Assembly (NCBI GenBank): GCA_963707025.1
Contig: CAVPOM010000011.1
Span: 32,001-96,000, forward strand
From: an uncultured Verrucomicrobiae bacterium
Lineage (GTDB): Bacteria; Verrucomicrobiota; Verrucomicrobiia; Limisphaerales; Palsa-1400
Reading direction: 5' to 3'
Length of the DNA: 64,000 nucleotides
Part shown: positions 22,427 to 33,263 of the stretch, in pieces
How positions within the stretch are numbered: the stretch's first letter is position 1
How the letters are laid out: each line of letters opens with the position of its first letter
Notes under the pieces: generated by a model
Databases searched by the model: none
What the model was told of the DNA's origin: nothing
Seen by the model: only the letters and a program-made list of their open reading frames with translations
Made by a program: the position numbers and the translations under genes

Positions 22427-24693
22427 TTGACGCGCAGCAAAGCCTTGAGCCGTTCGCGGAAAAACGGGCTGGCCGACGACAGGATCAAAAACGGCAGCAG
22501 CATCGCGCAAGTGAACATGGCCATAAACAGTCCGATCGCAAGGAACGGGCCGAAACCAGTGCTGAAAGGCAACCCCAGCGGGCCCCATAGATACCACGCC
22601 GCCGACACCGCGACCCAGACGGCCACCACGGACAAGAAAAGCCACACGCCCAGCCGGAACGCGCCCCCGCGCCCCCGGCTGGCCAGCCCGCCCAAAACGA
22701 AAGCGGCGGCGACCACCAAGGCCAGCACCGCCAGCGGACCCAGCAACGGCATCCCCAACGCCCCGGCGCCGGTCGTGGCCGAAAATTGTCGCGGGTCGAA
22801 AAGGCCCAGGATTGGCTCGACTTCCTGGTCCCAACCCGCCATGGCCGCAAGGCTGAAAACGATAACCACCGCCAAGAGCAACCAGCCGACGAGGAAACCG
22901 CCGAAGCGAGGGATGCCCCCAAGCCAGGATGCCAGCAACCAGAGCGCGGCCAACCCAAACGCCAGCGCGACGGGAACATCGCACAGCACCTCAAACGCCC
23001 CCTTGGGCATACCCGCGCTCGAGCTTTCAATTCCCAATTCCAGGTAATGCCACCCGGCTGCCAAGCCGGCCAGCGGCAGCCAAATCCACCAAGCGCGCCA
23101 GCCGCGATTGGGTTTAAGCGCCAGCAAAGCCAGGATGGCCAGCCATGGCAGCAAAGGCGCCATCGTGCCCTCTGCCATCCAATCGCAAGTTACCGGCGGA
23201 CCTTCCGTGGCGCCCAGCCCGCCCAAACCCCACGAAGCTGCGATTTGCAGTTCGCCTCCCGTCCTGGAGGGTACTCGCCATGAGTACGCGCAGAAGCCGT
23301 CTCAGCCAAATTCAAATTGGCCCGCCCCGATTTCTTTCCCCGACTTGCGGACGGTAAATTGCGGAGCAATCCGGTTGGTCCCTTGCCACACTCTGTATTC
23401 TCCGCCGCTGGCGCCGATTAATCGGTGGCTGAGAATCAACTGCCGCCCCTGACGGGTGGCGGAGACGGAATTAGTCAACGGCCCTCCCACGGCTAAAACC
23501 GCGGGCCGCTGCTCATCCACCGCGATGGCCTGCTCAGGCGACGGCGGACTTAACACCGGCAGTTTCGCCCCGGTGACTTCCTCCAGCATGTTCGCCTTCC
23601 CGGTTTGCGGCAGGCCGAAATTGAAGTAGGCTCGCGTCTGGCCCTGCTGGAGCCAGACGCGATAAGGATGGTATCGGTCGGTCGGCACTTTCACGATGCC
23701 CGGAGGATGGGCCAGCACCACCACGTACTTTTCTCCCGTCAGGACGAGGCGTTCAATGAAGCTGCCGGTGATTCGCAATTCGCCCAGCGCGGCTGGTTGT
23801 TCGGTCAGCCGCAACGCCAGTTTGTCTTCAGGTCCTTGAGGCTCGGCGTTCCAATCCAATAAGCAGGCGTGTCCCTCGAAGAACACCCTTGGGGAAAAGG
23901 CGAACGTGTCCGACGCCCTGACCACACAGTTCTGCTCTGTCCAGGGAATCACGTACACGCCACCCGGCTCGCTGCAGGCCAGGAACGGCCGGTTCCGCTC
24001 TTCCCAGGGACGCAGCAACAATTGGCCGTGGCGGAAGGAGCCAGGCTCGTCTGACATATTCTGCACCAACCCCGCCTGCCAATCATGGCCTTGCAGAGTC
24101 AACTTGCCTTGCCAACAGGAGCGCAAGGCCGCATTGCAGAGCGGCTGCCCCGGCCGCCGGGCGGAGTCCAGGGAGAAACGCAGGTCCACCAGCATCGGCG
24201 CGCCGCCGGAGGAGGCGGGAAACGACAAGTGGATGTTGGTGAACATCTGGTTCAGGAAAGTCGGTTCTGACGACCACATGGCCTGCCCCGAAAACATCCC
24301 GGCAGGATCCTCCGCCCAATCCGGGTTCCGCTTCAGACCGAGGCAGAGTTTTTTCGCGCCGCATTGCCAGAGGAAAGGAATGGCGTTGCCTGGGTTGGCG
24401 CCGAACTTCAATACTCCGCGCACGACCGGACCGGCAGCCAGCGCCGGCTCTTTTGGGAATGGAACAGACCGGCGCTCGATGGGAACATCCCGGAACAGGA
24501 ATTGGTAACTCGTCTCGTGATACTCCAACGCAACGGTCGTCGTGTTGGAGGAAGGGGAACTGGCAGGAACAGAATCAGCGGCGCAAAGAGCATGGCCCGA
24601 ACAAAGCGCCACCAGCAGCACCGGGGTCAGCCAAGCCACTCCGGCGTTTCCCAGCCAGCGCCACGAAAAACAGCCAGTCCTCCGTTTTGCCAT
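22417..24693 (-). CDS. Putative selenoprotein (~758 aa): exported N-domain, in-frame TGA at 23302..23304, C-terminal multi-TM domain
   Basis: ORFs 23302..24765 and 22417..23226 share a frame and are separated by one TGA: QFEFG*DGFCAYSWRVP; hairpin 23271..23287; paralog at 60526. Confidence 0.75.
23262..23304 (-). promoter_or_regulatory. SECIS-like hairpin after the in-frame UGA
   Basis: mRNA UGA-GACGGC-UUCUG-CGC-GUACUC-AUGGC-GAGUAC-CCUC-CAGGA. Confidence 0.65.
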
Positions 24694-24948
24694 GAGACAA
24701 CTTAATAGCACATCCAGAAACCTGCAACAAGATAACTCCGGGGCAGGGGGAGGGGCGGGCGCCAAAACCTAATTCCTCATCCCCATCCTGATCCCGCAGC
24801 CGATTCTGCGGGAGCCGTTGATCGCAATTGCCGCGCAGGAATTCGCAAGATATGAGGAGGCTGCCCAGGACCGGTCATTATAGTCTTGCCCCGATTTGCA
24901 TAATGATATTGAGTAGTCTGATCACGACCTATCCATGCCCATGATGCT

Positions 24949-26256
24949 ATGAGCCAAACCACCCGATTCGTATTGTCGCAGGCCGATATCCCCAAGCAAT
25001 GGTACAACCTGCTGGCCGATTTTCCCGAACCGCTGCCCCCGCCGCTCCATCCGGGCACGCGCCAGCCGGTCTCGCCGGATATGTTGACGCAGATTTTTCC
25101 TGAAAACCTCGTCCAGCAGGAGATGTGCCCGGACCGGTGGGTCGAAATCCCCGAAGCGGTGCGCGAGGTCTATGCGCTCTGGCGGCCCACCCCGCTGTTG
25201 CGCGCGGTGCGGTTGGAGCGCGCCCTGAAAACCCCGGCCCACATCTATTACAAGTATGAAGGGGCCAGTCCGGCCGGCAGCCACAAGCCCAACACGGCGG
25301 TGGCGCAGGCTTACTTCAACAAGGCCGCCGGCACCAAGCGGCTGGCCACCGAAACCGGCGCCGGCCAATGGGGATCCTCCCTCGCCCTGGCCTGCCAGTT
25401 GTTTGGACTGGACTGCAACATCTACATGGTCAAGGTCAGCTACCAGCAAAAGCCCTACCGCCGCATGCTCATGCACACCTGGGGCGCGACGGTTCATGCC
25501 AGTCCCAGCGATCAGACCAGTTTCGGCCGCAAACTGCTGGCCCAGGACCCGCAGTGTCCCGGCAGCCTGGGCATCGCCATCAGCGAAGCCATCGAGGACA
25601 CCGTGACCCATCCGCACACCAAGTATTCCCTGGGCAGCGTGCTCAACCACGTTTGCCTGCACCAGACGGTGATCGGCCAGGAAGCCATCCGCCAGATGGA
25701 AATGGCCGGCGAGGAACCGGACTCCATCTACGCCTGCGCGGGCGGGGGCAGCAATTTCTCCGGACTGGCCTTCCCCTTCCTGCAAAGGAAAATCAAAGAC
25801 AAGAAGAATTATCGCATCGTGGCCGTCGAACCCTCCGCCTGCCCGTCGCTCACCCGGGGCGAGTTGCGCTACGATTTTGGCGACACGGCAGAGACGACGC
25901 CCCTGCTCATGATGTACACCCTGGGCCACCAGTTCATGCCGCCGTCCATCCATGCGGGTGGCCTGCGCTATCACGGCATGTCGCCCATGGTCAGCCACGC
26001 CCTCAAGCTGGGGTTGATCGAGGCCCAGGCCATTCACCAGACCAAGGTGTTTCAGGCCGGGACCCTCTTTGCCCGCACCGAAGGCATCGTGCCCGCGCCG
26101 GAAGCGGCCCATGCCATCGCGGCGGTCATTGCCGAGGCCGAGCAGGCGCGCGAGGCGGGGCAAAAACGCGTCATCCTGTTCAATCTTTCGGGGCACGGAT
26201 TGCTCGACCTCAGCGCCTACGAAACCTACCAAATGGGCAAGATCCAGGACGTCTAA
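24949..26256 (+). CDS. trpB2: TrpB2 (stand-alone tryptophan synthase beta-like PLP enzyme)
   Basis: [55 protein letters not shown]. Confidence 0.93.
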   Translation: MSQTTRFVLSQADIPKQWYNLLADFPEPLPPPLHPGTRQPVSPDMLTQIFPENLVQQEMCPDRWVEIPEAVREVYALWRPTPLLRAVRLERALKTPAHIYYKYEGASPAGSHKPNTAVAQAYFNKAAGTKRLATETGAGQWGSSLALACQLFGLDCNIYMVKVSYQQKPYRRMLMHTWGATVHASPSDQTSFGRKLLAQDPQCPGSLGIAISEAIEDTVTHPHTKYSLGSVLNHVCLHQTVIGQEAIRQMEMAGEEPDSIYACAGGGSNFSGLAFPFLQRKIKDKKNYRIVAVEPSACPSLTRGELRYDFGDTAETTPLLMMYTLGHQFMPPSIHAGGLRYHGMSPMVSHALKLGLIEAQAIHQTKVFQAGTLFARTEGIVPAPEAAHAIAAVIAEAEQAREAGQKRVILFNLSGHGLLDLSAYETYQMGKIQDV

Positions 26257-26282
26257 ACCTCAGTCAGCCATAACCAAATCCA

Positions 26283-27188
26283 ATGAAAAACCAAATCCTC
26301 CCCTGTCTCCTTGCGGCCGCGCTCGCCGCCCTTCCCGGCGCCATCCAGGCCCAACCCGACGCCCATTACATTCCCGGCGTGGAAGGCATCAAGGGCGCCT
26401 CCCTCCCGCCCCCCGGCTTTTACCTGCGGGACTACAACGTGTTCTATGTGGCCAGCCAGGTGAACAACGGGGCCGGGCAAAGCGCCGGCCCGCCCAATTT
26501 CCAGGCGCTGACACTGGCCACCGTGCCGCGCGCCGTCTGGATCACCGACACCAAATTCCTCGGCGGCTGCGTCGGGGTGGACGCCTTGCTGCCGATCGTT
26601 TACCAAACCTTGAGCCTGGACACTCCCGGGGGCATGTTCCACAATAGCACCCTTGGGATCGGCGACTTCTTTGGCGAGGGCACCCTGTCCTGGCATCCCC
26701 AACAATTCGACTTCTCCGTGGGGGCCGGCCTTTGGATGCCGACGGGCGATTCTTCCCCCAGTCCAACCTCAACCCGCGTCGGCTCCGGCTTTTGGACGCC
26801 CATGCTCACCGCCGGAGCCACTTGGTATCCCGACGCGGCCAAGACCTGGGCGGTTTCGGCGCTTAGCCGCTACGAGATCAACAGCACGGACCGCGAAACG
26901 GACGAAACGCCCGGCCAGGCTTACACGCTGGAATGGGGCGTCAGCAAGTCGGTCACCAAGACGATTGACGCCGGGGTGGTCGGTTATTACCAGCAGAGGA
27001 TCACGACGAGCAAGGGACCCAATCCGGCGGAATTTCCCTACAGCCGGGTGGCGGCGGTCGGCCCCGAAATCAGCCTGGCCATTCCAAGCTGGATGCTGTT
27101 TGCATCGTTGCGCTATGATTACGAATTCATGGCCGACAACCGCGCCCAAGGCCACACCGTGGTCCTCACCCTGACAAAGAGATTCTGA
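26283..27188 (+). CDS. COG4313/SphA (Phenol_MetA_deg) family outer-membrane channel
   Basis: Signal peptide, HYIPGVEG...LPPPGFY, PTG, EWG, GYYQQ, C-terminal Phe. Confidence 0.75.
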   Translation: MKNQILPCLLAAALAALPGAIQAQPDAHYIPGVEGIKGASLPPPGFYLRDYNVFYVASQVNNGAGQSAGPPNFQALTLATVPRAVWITDTKFLGGCVGVDALLPIVYQTLSLDTPGGMFHNSTLGIGDFFGEGTLSWHPQQFDFSVGAGLWMPTGDSSPSPTSTRVGSGFWTPMLTAGATWYPDAAKTWAVSALSRYEINSTDRETDETPGQAYTLEWGVSKSVTKTIDAGVVGYYQQRITTSKGPNPAEFPYSRVAAVGPEISLAIPSWMLFASLRYDYEFMADNRAQGHTVVLTLTKRF

Positions 27189-27364
27189 TGGTCCGCTGTC
27201 TTCCGCCGGGCCAGTGGCCCGGCGGGGCGGGTCCCGACTGCATCGGGATTCCACCCAGGCCGCAAGAAATCTCCGGGTGGCCCGCGGACCGCTCCGCGCC
27301 GGTGGCCCCTTCACTAAGGGGCAAGCTTGCCGCGCAAGTGTCTAATGCTTACGGTCTTGCAAAC

Positions 27365-27690
27365 ATCCGCATTTTTCCATTGCCGGCACGACTTTACATG
27401 CTAAAATTGCATAGTGAGAAGGGGCAAGGCAACAGCGGCATCGGACGGCGGCGGGAGCAGGATTCCTCCCCTGCTGCCTTCCGCATTTGCCCCTTACCGG
27501 TCAAACCCGGTCAAAGCCGGTCAAACCATTTTTTTAACCTTGACCAAGGCGCCAAAACCACCGCAGCACTCCACCCCTCCACCACTCCACCACTCCATCA
27601 CTCCATCACTCCATCACTCCAATACTCCACCGGTCCACCGGGGATTTTGTATTTCGCGGTTCAAAACCAGCCCCGGTTATTACCACCCTT
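27365..27690 (+). repeat. Dispersed composite intergenic element; related copy on the minus strand 45344->~43145
   Basis: 98-bp core 27365..27462 is 94/98 identical to revcomp of 45247..45344; CCGGTCA tandem, ACCATTTTTTAAC and GTATTTCGCGGTTCAAA blocks also shared. Confidence 0.8.
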
Positions 27691-27772
27691 TATGAGCCAG
27701 CCGTTCCGCAAGCAGGCCATTTGCATAAACGCAGTTTCTTTTCGTGGTTAAAGATGATAAATGCCTTCCCCT

Positions 27773-28243
27773 ATGTCAAATCACCGAGCTGTCATCCGCT
27801 GGAAACGCACCGGCGCCGACTTCCTCAACGGCCGCTATTCGCGCGAACATACCTGGAGCTTCGACGGCGGACTGTCCGTCCCGGCCTCGCCGTCGCCGTC
27901 GGTGGTGCCCGCGCCCTTCTCCAATCCGGCTCACCTTGACCCTGAGGAGGCCTTCGTCGCCTCTGTTTCGAGCTGTCACATGCTCACTTTTCTCCATCTG
28001 GCTTCGCGCGCCGGTTTTGTCGTGGACAGCTATCAGGATGAGGCCGTCGGGGTGATGACCAAAAACGAGAAGGGAGTGGCTTGGATCAGTTCCATCACCC
28101 TGCATCCGGACATCTCCTGCAGCGGCGAAAAAGTGCCGGCGCCCGCGGACCGGCAGCGCCTGCACCATCTCGCCCATGAACAATGTTTCATCGCCAATTC
28201 CATCAAGACGGAAGTGGTGGTCGCTGATGGGGGCGCGCCGTAA
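27773..28243 (+). CDS. OsmC/Ohr family protein
   Basis: YSREHTW.FDGG, DPEEAFVASVSSCHMLTFL, AHEQCFIANS. Confidence 0.9.
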   Translation: MSNHRAVIRWKRTGADFLNGRYSREHTWSFDGGLSVPASPSPSVVPAPFSNPAHLDPEEAFVASVSSCHMLTFLHLASRAGFVVDSYQDEAVGVMTKNEKGVAWISSITLHPDISCSGEKVPAPADRQRLHHLAHEQCFIANSIKTEVVVADGGAP

Positions 28244-28253
28244 AGGGCCGCTT

Positions 28254-29927
28254 ATGAATCGTGGAATGAGCCGCCAAAAGCCCGGCCGGAACCCTCCTCC
28301 GAAGCCTCCTGCCGAGAGGAAGGGGAACTCAGCCGGCACGATCCCCTGGCCCCGCGTGGAACTGCTCGCCGCCATGGCGTTGAGCCTTTGGATCCTGCTG
28401 TTGCATGGCTTGTTCCTTTTCCACGCCGGCCCTCTTTGGCGTGATGAAGTCGGCACCATTGATTTTGCCACCATGCCCACGCTTTCGGACATCTGGCATC
28501 ATCTGCAGTACGACAATTTCCCGCCGCTCTTCGTGGGCCTGGCGCGGGTGTGGACACGGGCCGGAGGGTCCGGCGATTTCAGCTGTCGCCTCCTCGGCTT
28601 TCTCGTCGGCGCGGGCACGCTCGGCGTCTTTTGGTTTGGCGCGCGCAGTTGCGGAGCGCGCGTGCCGCTGCTCGCCCTGGCCCTTTACGCCGTCAATCCG
28701 CTGGCCGTCCGGGTGGGAGATGCCATGCGCCCCTACGGGCTGGGGTTGGCCCTGACGCTGCTGGCCTTGACGCTCACCTGGAAATTCGTGGAAAGCCCGC
28801 GCGCGCGATCCTGGTGTTGGGCGGCCTTGGCGGCGGTGCTGAGTGTGCAGTGCCTCTATCAAAACGCCTTCCTCCTGGCCGCCTTCTGCCTGGCCGGCTG
28901 CGCCGCGACCCTGGCCCGCCGGCAGTGGAAAACCGCCGCGCAAACGGCGGGGTTGGGCGTGGTGGCCGCGCTCTCCCTGCTGCCGCATTGGCCGAATATC
29001 AGCAAGGGCCGGGATTGGCAGGGGATTGGCTTTCATCAGGTGCATCCGGCGGAGATCGGCCGGGCGTTGGTGGAAGCCTTAAACGCCGCCGGTCCCTGGC
29101 TGGTCTGGTTTTGGGCGGGACTGGCTCTGCTGGCCGTCGGGACAGCCCTCGTGTTCGTGATGCGTTGGCGGGCCTGGCGGATGGTTTACTTTGGCGCCGC
29201 CTTGCTGGCCGCCGTGCTCTTCTACGGGCTTTTTCTGGAAAGAGTCGGACTGCAACAGCGCTCCTGGTATTTCCTGATCCTGCTCGCGCCCGTGGCTCTG
29301 GCCATGGACATCATCCTGGCCGGCCCCGCCGCTCCGCGGATGCGCCTGGGCCGGGCCGGCCTGGCCCTGCTCCTGGCCGCCTCCGCCATTCCCGCCGGCT
29401 ACGCCGCCGTGCAAATCCGCCAAAGCAATGCCGACTTGGTGGCGGAGGCATTGCGGCAAAAAGCCCGCCCCGGCGATTTGATTTTAGTTTCACCCTGGTA
29501 TTACGGAGTGGCCTTGCAACGCTACTACACCAACCACTTCGAGACCTTGCCGCCGATGGCGGTGGAAGCCATCCGCATCCACCGCTACGACCTGATGAAG
29601 CAACAAATGATGGCGGAAAACCCCATCGGCCCGCTCCTGGAACAGGCGCGGCAAACCTTGCGCTCCGGCCATGCTTTCTGGGTGGTGGGCGACTTCCAAT
29701 TCCCGCCGCCCGGCCGGCCCCAGCCCCTCCTGCCGCCCTACCGCCAGGACATGGTCATGGACGTGGCCGCCGCCTGGTATTTTTCCAGTTGGATGTTCCA
29801 GTTTTCCCAAATGGTCCAGGCCCACGCCCCCTCCCAGTTGCAGATGGAGCTGGCCGCGCCCGGCGGCGCCGCCATCAACGGCTTGGAGGACATGTTCCTG
29901 TTGCAGTTCAGCGGATGGAAAGAATAA
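28254..29927 (+). CDS. Polytopic membrane protein, GT-C/PMT-like glycosyltransferase
   Basis: PLWRDE, FPPLF, MRPY motifs and many TM segments. Confidence 0.6.
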   Translation: MNRGMSRQKPGRNPPPKPPAERKGNSAGTIPWPRVELLAAMALSLWILLLHGLFLFHAGPLWRDEVGTIDFATMPTLSDIWHHLQYDNFPPLFVGLARVWTRAGGSGDFSCRLLGFLVGAGTLGVFWFGARSCGARVPLLALALYAVNPLAVRVGDAMRPYGLGLALTLLALTLTWKFVESPRARSWCWAALAAVLSVQCLYQNAFLLAAFCLAGCAATLARRQWKTAAQTAGLGVVAALSLLPHWPNISKGRDWQGIGFHQVHPAEIGRALVEALNAAGPWLVWFWAGLALLAVGTALVFVMRWRAWRMVYFGAALLAAVLFYGLFLERVGLQQRSWYFLILLAPVALAMDIILAGPAAPRMRLGRAGLALLLAASAIPAGYAAVQIRQSNADLVAEALRQKARPGDLILVSPWYYGVALQRYYTNHFETLPPMAVEAIRIHRYDLMKQQMMAENPIGPLLEQARQTLRSGHAFWVVGDFQFPPPGRPQPLLPPYRQDMVMDVAAAWYFSSWMFQFSQMVQAHAPSQLQMELAAPGGAAINGLEDMFLLQFSGWKE

Positions 29928-29995
29928 TTAACCATGCCGTCGCTTTTGTTCCCTTGCCGCAGCGGAAAGGGTGCGCTAACAATGGGCCGGAGCCT

Positions 29996-30680
29996 ATGAA
30001 AACCAAAATCCTGGTGGTGGATGACGAACCGGACGCGCTGGAATTGATCGAGGTCAATTTGAAGGGCGCCGGCTTCGACGTGCTCAGCGCGGCCAACGGC
30101 CGGCAGGCTTTGGAAAAGGCCCGCGCCACCCAGCCCGCCCTGGTCCTGCTCGATGTCATGCTGCCCGAAGTGGACGGTTGGGAAGTCTGCAAAAGCCTGC
30201 GGCGCGATCCCAAAACCGCCGCGCTCCCCATCATCATGCTCACGGCCCGGGCCGCCGAAATTGACCGCATCGTCGGCCTGGAGCTGGGGGCCGATGATTA
30301 CATCACCAAACCGTTCAGCCCGCGCGAACTGATCCTGCGCATCAAGAACCTGTTGAAACGCCAGGCCGCCCCGTCGGAAGCGGCCCAGCAGATCCGCTTC
30401 GCCGGCATGGTCATTGACCGCGCCCGCCACTGTGTCACATATAAGGATAAGCCGCTCGACCTGACCCTGACCGAGTTCAAACTGGTCACCGTCCTGGCCG
30501 AGCGCAAGGGCCGCGTCCAGTCCCGCGAGCAGCTTTTGAAGGACGTTCTGGGGCTACAATACTTTTATTGACACCCGCACCGTGGACACCCACATGCGCC
30601 GCCTGCGCGACAAACTGGGCGAGGCCGCCAAACTCCTCGACACCGTGCGCGGCGTCGGCTACCGGTTCCTGGAACAATGA
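29996..30680 (+). CDS. OmpR/PhoB-family response regulator, apparent frameshift near 30550
   Basis: [25 protein letters not shown]-terminus [21 protein letters not shown] in another frame. Confidence 0.88.
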
Positions 30681-30706
30681 AGGGCAAACCATCCGCAATT
30701 GACAGC

Positions 30707-31906
30707 ATGCCCTGGCCTCTCCTGATCTTAGCCGCCTGCGCCGCGCTCCTCTGGTTCCAGCACTGGTGGCTGCTGCGCCGTCATCAGGCCGAGCGGGACA
30801 GGGCCGGGCGCGACTTTGCCGATACGGCCCGGCAGGAGGAGCGCGAAGTGGAGGCCCGGTCCCAGGCCCGCCAGCAAACGCTCTTCAACAGCATGATCGA
30901 AGGGGTGCTGTTGCTCGACACCGATGGCCGCGTCCAGTTGGTCAACGATTCCCTGCGCAAAGGTTTTGGCCTGGCCGAAAACATCCGCGGCCAGACCATC
31001 ATGGAGGTCTTTCGCTGGCATGAACTGGCCGCCCTCTCCGAGCGCCTGCCCCGGGAGAAAATCATTTCCGGGGTGGAGCTGGACATGCAGCGCGGCAGCC
31101 GCCGCTCCTGGCAGATCAGCGCCGCCCTGGTCAGCGACCGCCCCGGCGGCCCCCAGGGCCAGCTCCTGGTTTTTCACGATGTGACCCGCCTCAAGGAACT
31201 GGAAAGCATCCGCAAGGAATTTGTCGGCAACGTCAGCCACGAATTGCGCACCCCGCTTTCCCTCATCAAGGGTTTTGCCCAGACCCTGCTCGACGGCGCC
31301 ATGCACGATCCCGAACAAGCAGCCCGCTTCCTGCAGAAGATTGACAAACACTCCGACCGCCTCCTCTTTCTCATCGAGGATTTGCTGGCCATCTCGCGCC
31401 TCGAATCCGGCCAGGTCGCCCTGAACGTCCAGGCGGTCAGCCTGCGCGACATGGCCCAGCGCGTGGTGGACGACCTGGGCGCCCCGGCCGCCGCCCGCCA
31501 AACCGCGCTGGAAAACCGCATCCCCGCCGCCCTCTCCGTCCGGGCGGATGCCGACCGCCTCCCCCAGGTTTTTTTCAACTTGACAGAAAACGCCATCAAA
31601 TACGGCAAGACGGCCGGCCGCGTCATCCTGGACGCCCGCGAAGCGGAGGGGCAGAAGGTGGAGGTCTCGGTGGCCGACGACGGCCCGGGCATTCCCCCCG
31701 ACGCCATCGGCCGCATTTTTGAGCGGTTCTACCGGGTGGACCGCGCCCGTTCCCGCGAAAGCGGCGGCACCGGCCTGGGGCTGGCCATTGTCAAACATAT
31801 TGTTCAGGCCCACGGCGGCGAGGCCTGGGTCAAAAGCGATCTGGGCCGGGGCGCCTCCTTCCATTTCACCATCCCGCGAGCCGCCGCCCCCGCCGCCAAG
31901 CCGTGA
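30707..31906 (+). CDS. PhoR-like PAS sensor histidine kinase
   Basis: FVGNVSHELRTPL, NLTENAIKY, DDGPGI, FYRVDRARSR, GTGLGLAIVKH. Confidence 0.9.
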   Translation: MPWPLLILAACAALLWFQHWWLLRRHQAERDRAGRDFADTARQEEREVEARSQARQQTLFNSMIEGVLLLDTDGRVQLVNDSLRKGFGLAENIRGQTIMEVFRWHELAALSERLPREKIISGVELDMQRGSRRSWQISAALVSDRPGGPQGQLLVFHDVTRLKELESIRKEFVGNVSHELRTPLSLIKGFAQTLLDGAMHDPEQAARFLQKIDKHSDRLLFLIEDLLAISRLESGQVALNVQAVSLRDMAQRVVDDLGAPAAARQTALENRIPAALSVRADADRLPQVFFNLTENAIKYGKTAGRVILDAREAEGQKVEVSVADDGPGIPPDAIGRIFERFYRVDRARSRESGGTGLGLAIVKHIVQAHGGEAWVKSDLGRGASFHFTIPRAAAPAAKP

Positions 31907-31940
31907 TCCGCCTGGAGCGGCGCTCTGTGACCGCCGCCCA

Positions 31941-32642
31941 TCACGCTTCCCTCAATCGGTGGTGATCTCCATCATGGCCTTTTCCAAATCGAGGCACAAC
32001 TGGGCGCGGGCCTCCGCCGTGGCGTCGCGCGGCACCGCGAAGGGCTGGCCGAAACGCAGGACGCAGCGGGCAAAGGGCAGCGGGATTTGGAACTTGTCCC
32101 AGCTTCGAAATGGTGATTTTGCGACGCGCGTAATTGGACACCGGGATAATCGGACGGCCGGTCACCTGGGCCAGGTGGATGATGCCCTCCTGCACTTTGT
32201 AGGCCGGACCGCGCGGTCCGTCCGGGGTGATGGCGATGCTGTAGTTTCTTTCCATCCAGGTGGTCGCCTCCAACAGCGCCTGCGCCCCGCGCCGGCTGGC
32301 CGAACCCCGGATCGGCACCACCCCGAATGGTTCCACCAGGCTGGCCAGAAACGACCCGTCCCGGCTGGCGCTAATCATGGCGCACAGGCAGGCGCACGGC
32401 CATTTCTCGCGCACAAAATCGCCATTCGCCGCCATGGCCAGCGCCAGCCGGTTGTGCCAGGTGCAAAAAATCACCGGCCCCGGCACAACGGGACAGAGGT
32501 CGCCGTCCTGCCAATGCAGGCGCCAGGTTTTCATCATCAGGCGCATGAAGGCCAGCACCACGGCCGCCGCCAGCTTGCGCCGCCACGTCAAGGGGCGCGG
32601 CACTACCGGCCCGCCCGCCTTCTGGTTGGTTGACACCGCCAT
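31941..32642 (-). CDS. DUF374 / lysophospholipid acyltransferase family protein, probable frameshift near 32100
   Basis: WHNR, ISASRDG, RGSASRRG, ITPDGPRGP. Confidence 0.8.
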   Translation of the reverse strand: MAVSTNQKAGGPVVPRPLTWRRKLAAAVVLAFMRLMMKTWRLHWQDGDLCPVVPGPVIFCTWHNRLALAMAANGDFVREKWPCACLCAMISASRDGSFLASLVEPFGVVPIRGSASRRGAQALLEATTWMERNYSIAITPDGPRGPAYKVQEGIIHLAQVTGRPIIPVSNYARRKITISKLGQVPNPAALCPLRPAFRPALRGAARRHGGGPRPVVPRFGKGHDGDHHRLREA

Positions 32643-33247
32643 CACCCGCCTTTTTTCAACGCCGCCCGCACCAGTTCCTCCACCCCCGCCTCCGGCCCCA
32701 GCGCCGCCGCCGCGCCGCGGACGGCTTGCTGCGCCTCGGCCTGTTTGTAACCCAGCGCCATCAGGGCCAGCGTCGCGTCGTTGATTTTTTGCTCGCCGGC
32801 GGAAAGCGCCCGTTGCGCGCTGTCCGCCTCCAACACCCCGGCCGCGCCGATCTTGTCCTTCAATTCCACCACGATCCGCTCCGCCGTTTTCTTGCCGACG
32901 CCGGAAATTTGCGACAGCATTTTGACATCGCCGCCCGCCACCGCGCCGCGAAAGGCGGTGACCGTGGTGCCGCTGAGAATACTGAGCGCGATTTTCGGGC
33001 CGATGCCGCTGACCGTATTGATGAGCAGCCGGAACAATCCCCGCTCCGCCGCGGTCATAAAGCCGTAGAGCACATGGGCGTCCTCCCGCACCGCCAGGTG
33101 CGTCAACAATTTGACCGGCTGGCCGGGCGCGGGCAGCTTGTCGAAGGAGGAAAGCGGAATGAGCGCCTCATAGCCAACCCCATTGACTTCCACCGTCACC
33201 TGGGTGGGCAGGGCCTCGACCAATTTGCCTTGCAGAAAAGTAATCAC
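32642..33247 (-). CDS. ruvA: Holliday junction branch migration protein RuvA
   Basis: MITFLQG, GVGYE, VREDAHVLYGF, VSGIGPK, GVGKKTAERI, ALGY. Confidence 0.96.
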   Translation of the reverse strand: MITFLQGKLVEALPTQVTVEVNGVGYEALIPLSSFDKLPAPGQPVKLLTHLAVREDAHVLYGFMTAAERGLFRLLINTVSGIGPKIALSILSGTTVTAFRGAVAGGDVKMLSQISGVGKKTAERIVVELKDKIGAAGVLEADSAQRALSAGEQKINDATLALMALGYKQAEAQQAVRGAAAALGPEAGVEELVRAALKKGG

Positions 33248-33263
33248 AGAAAAACGCCCGGCC

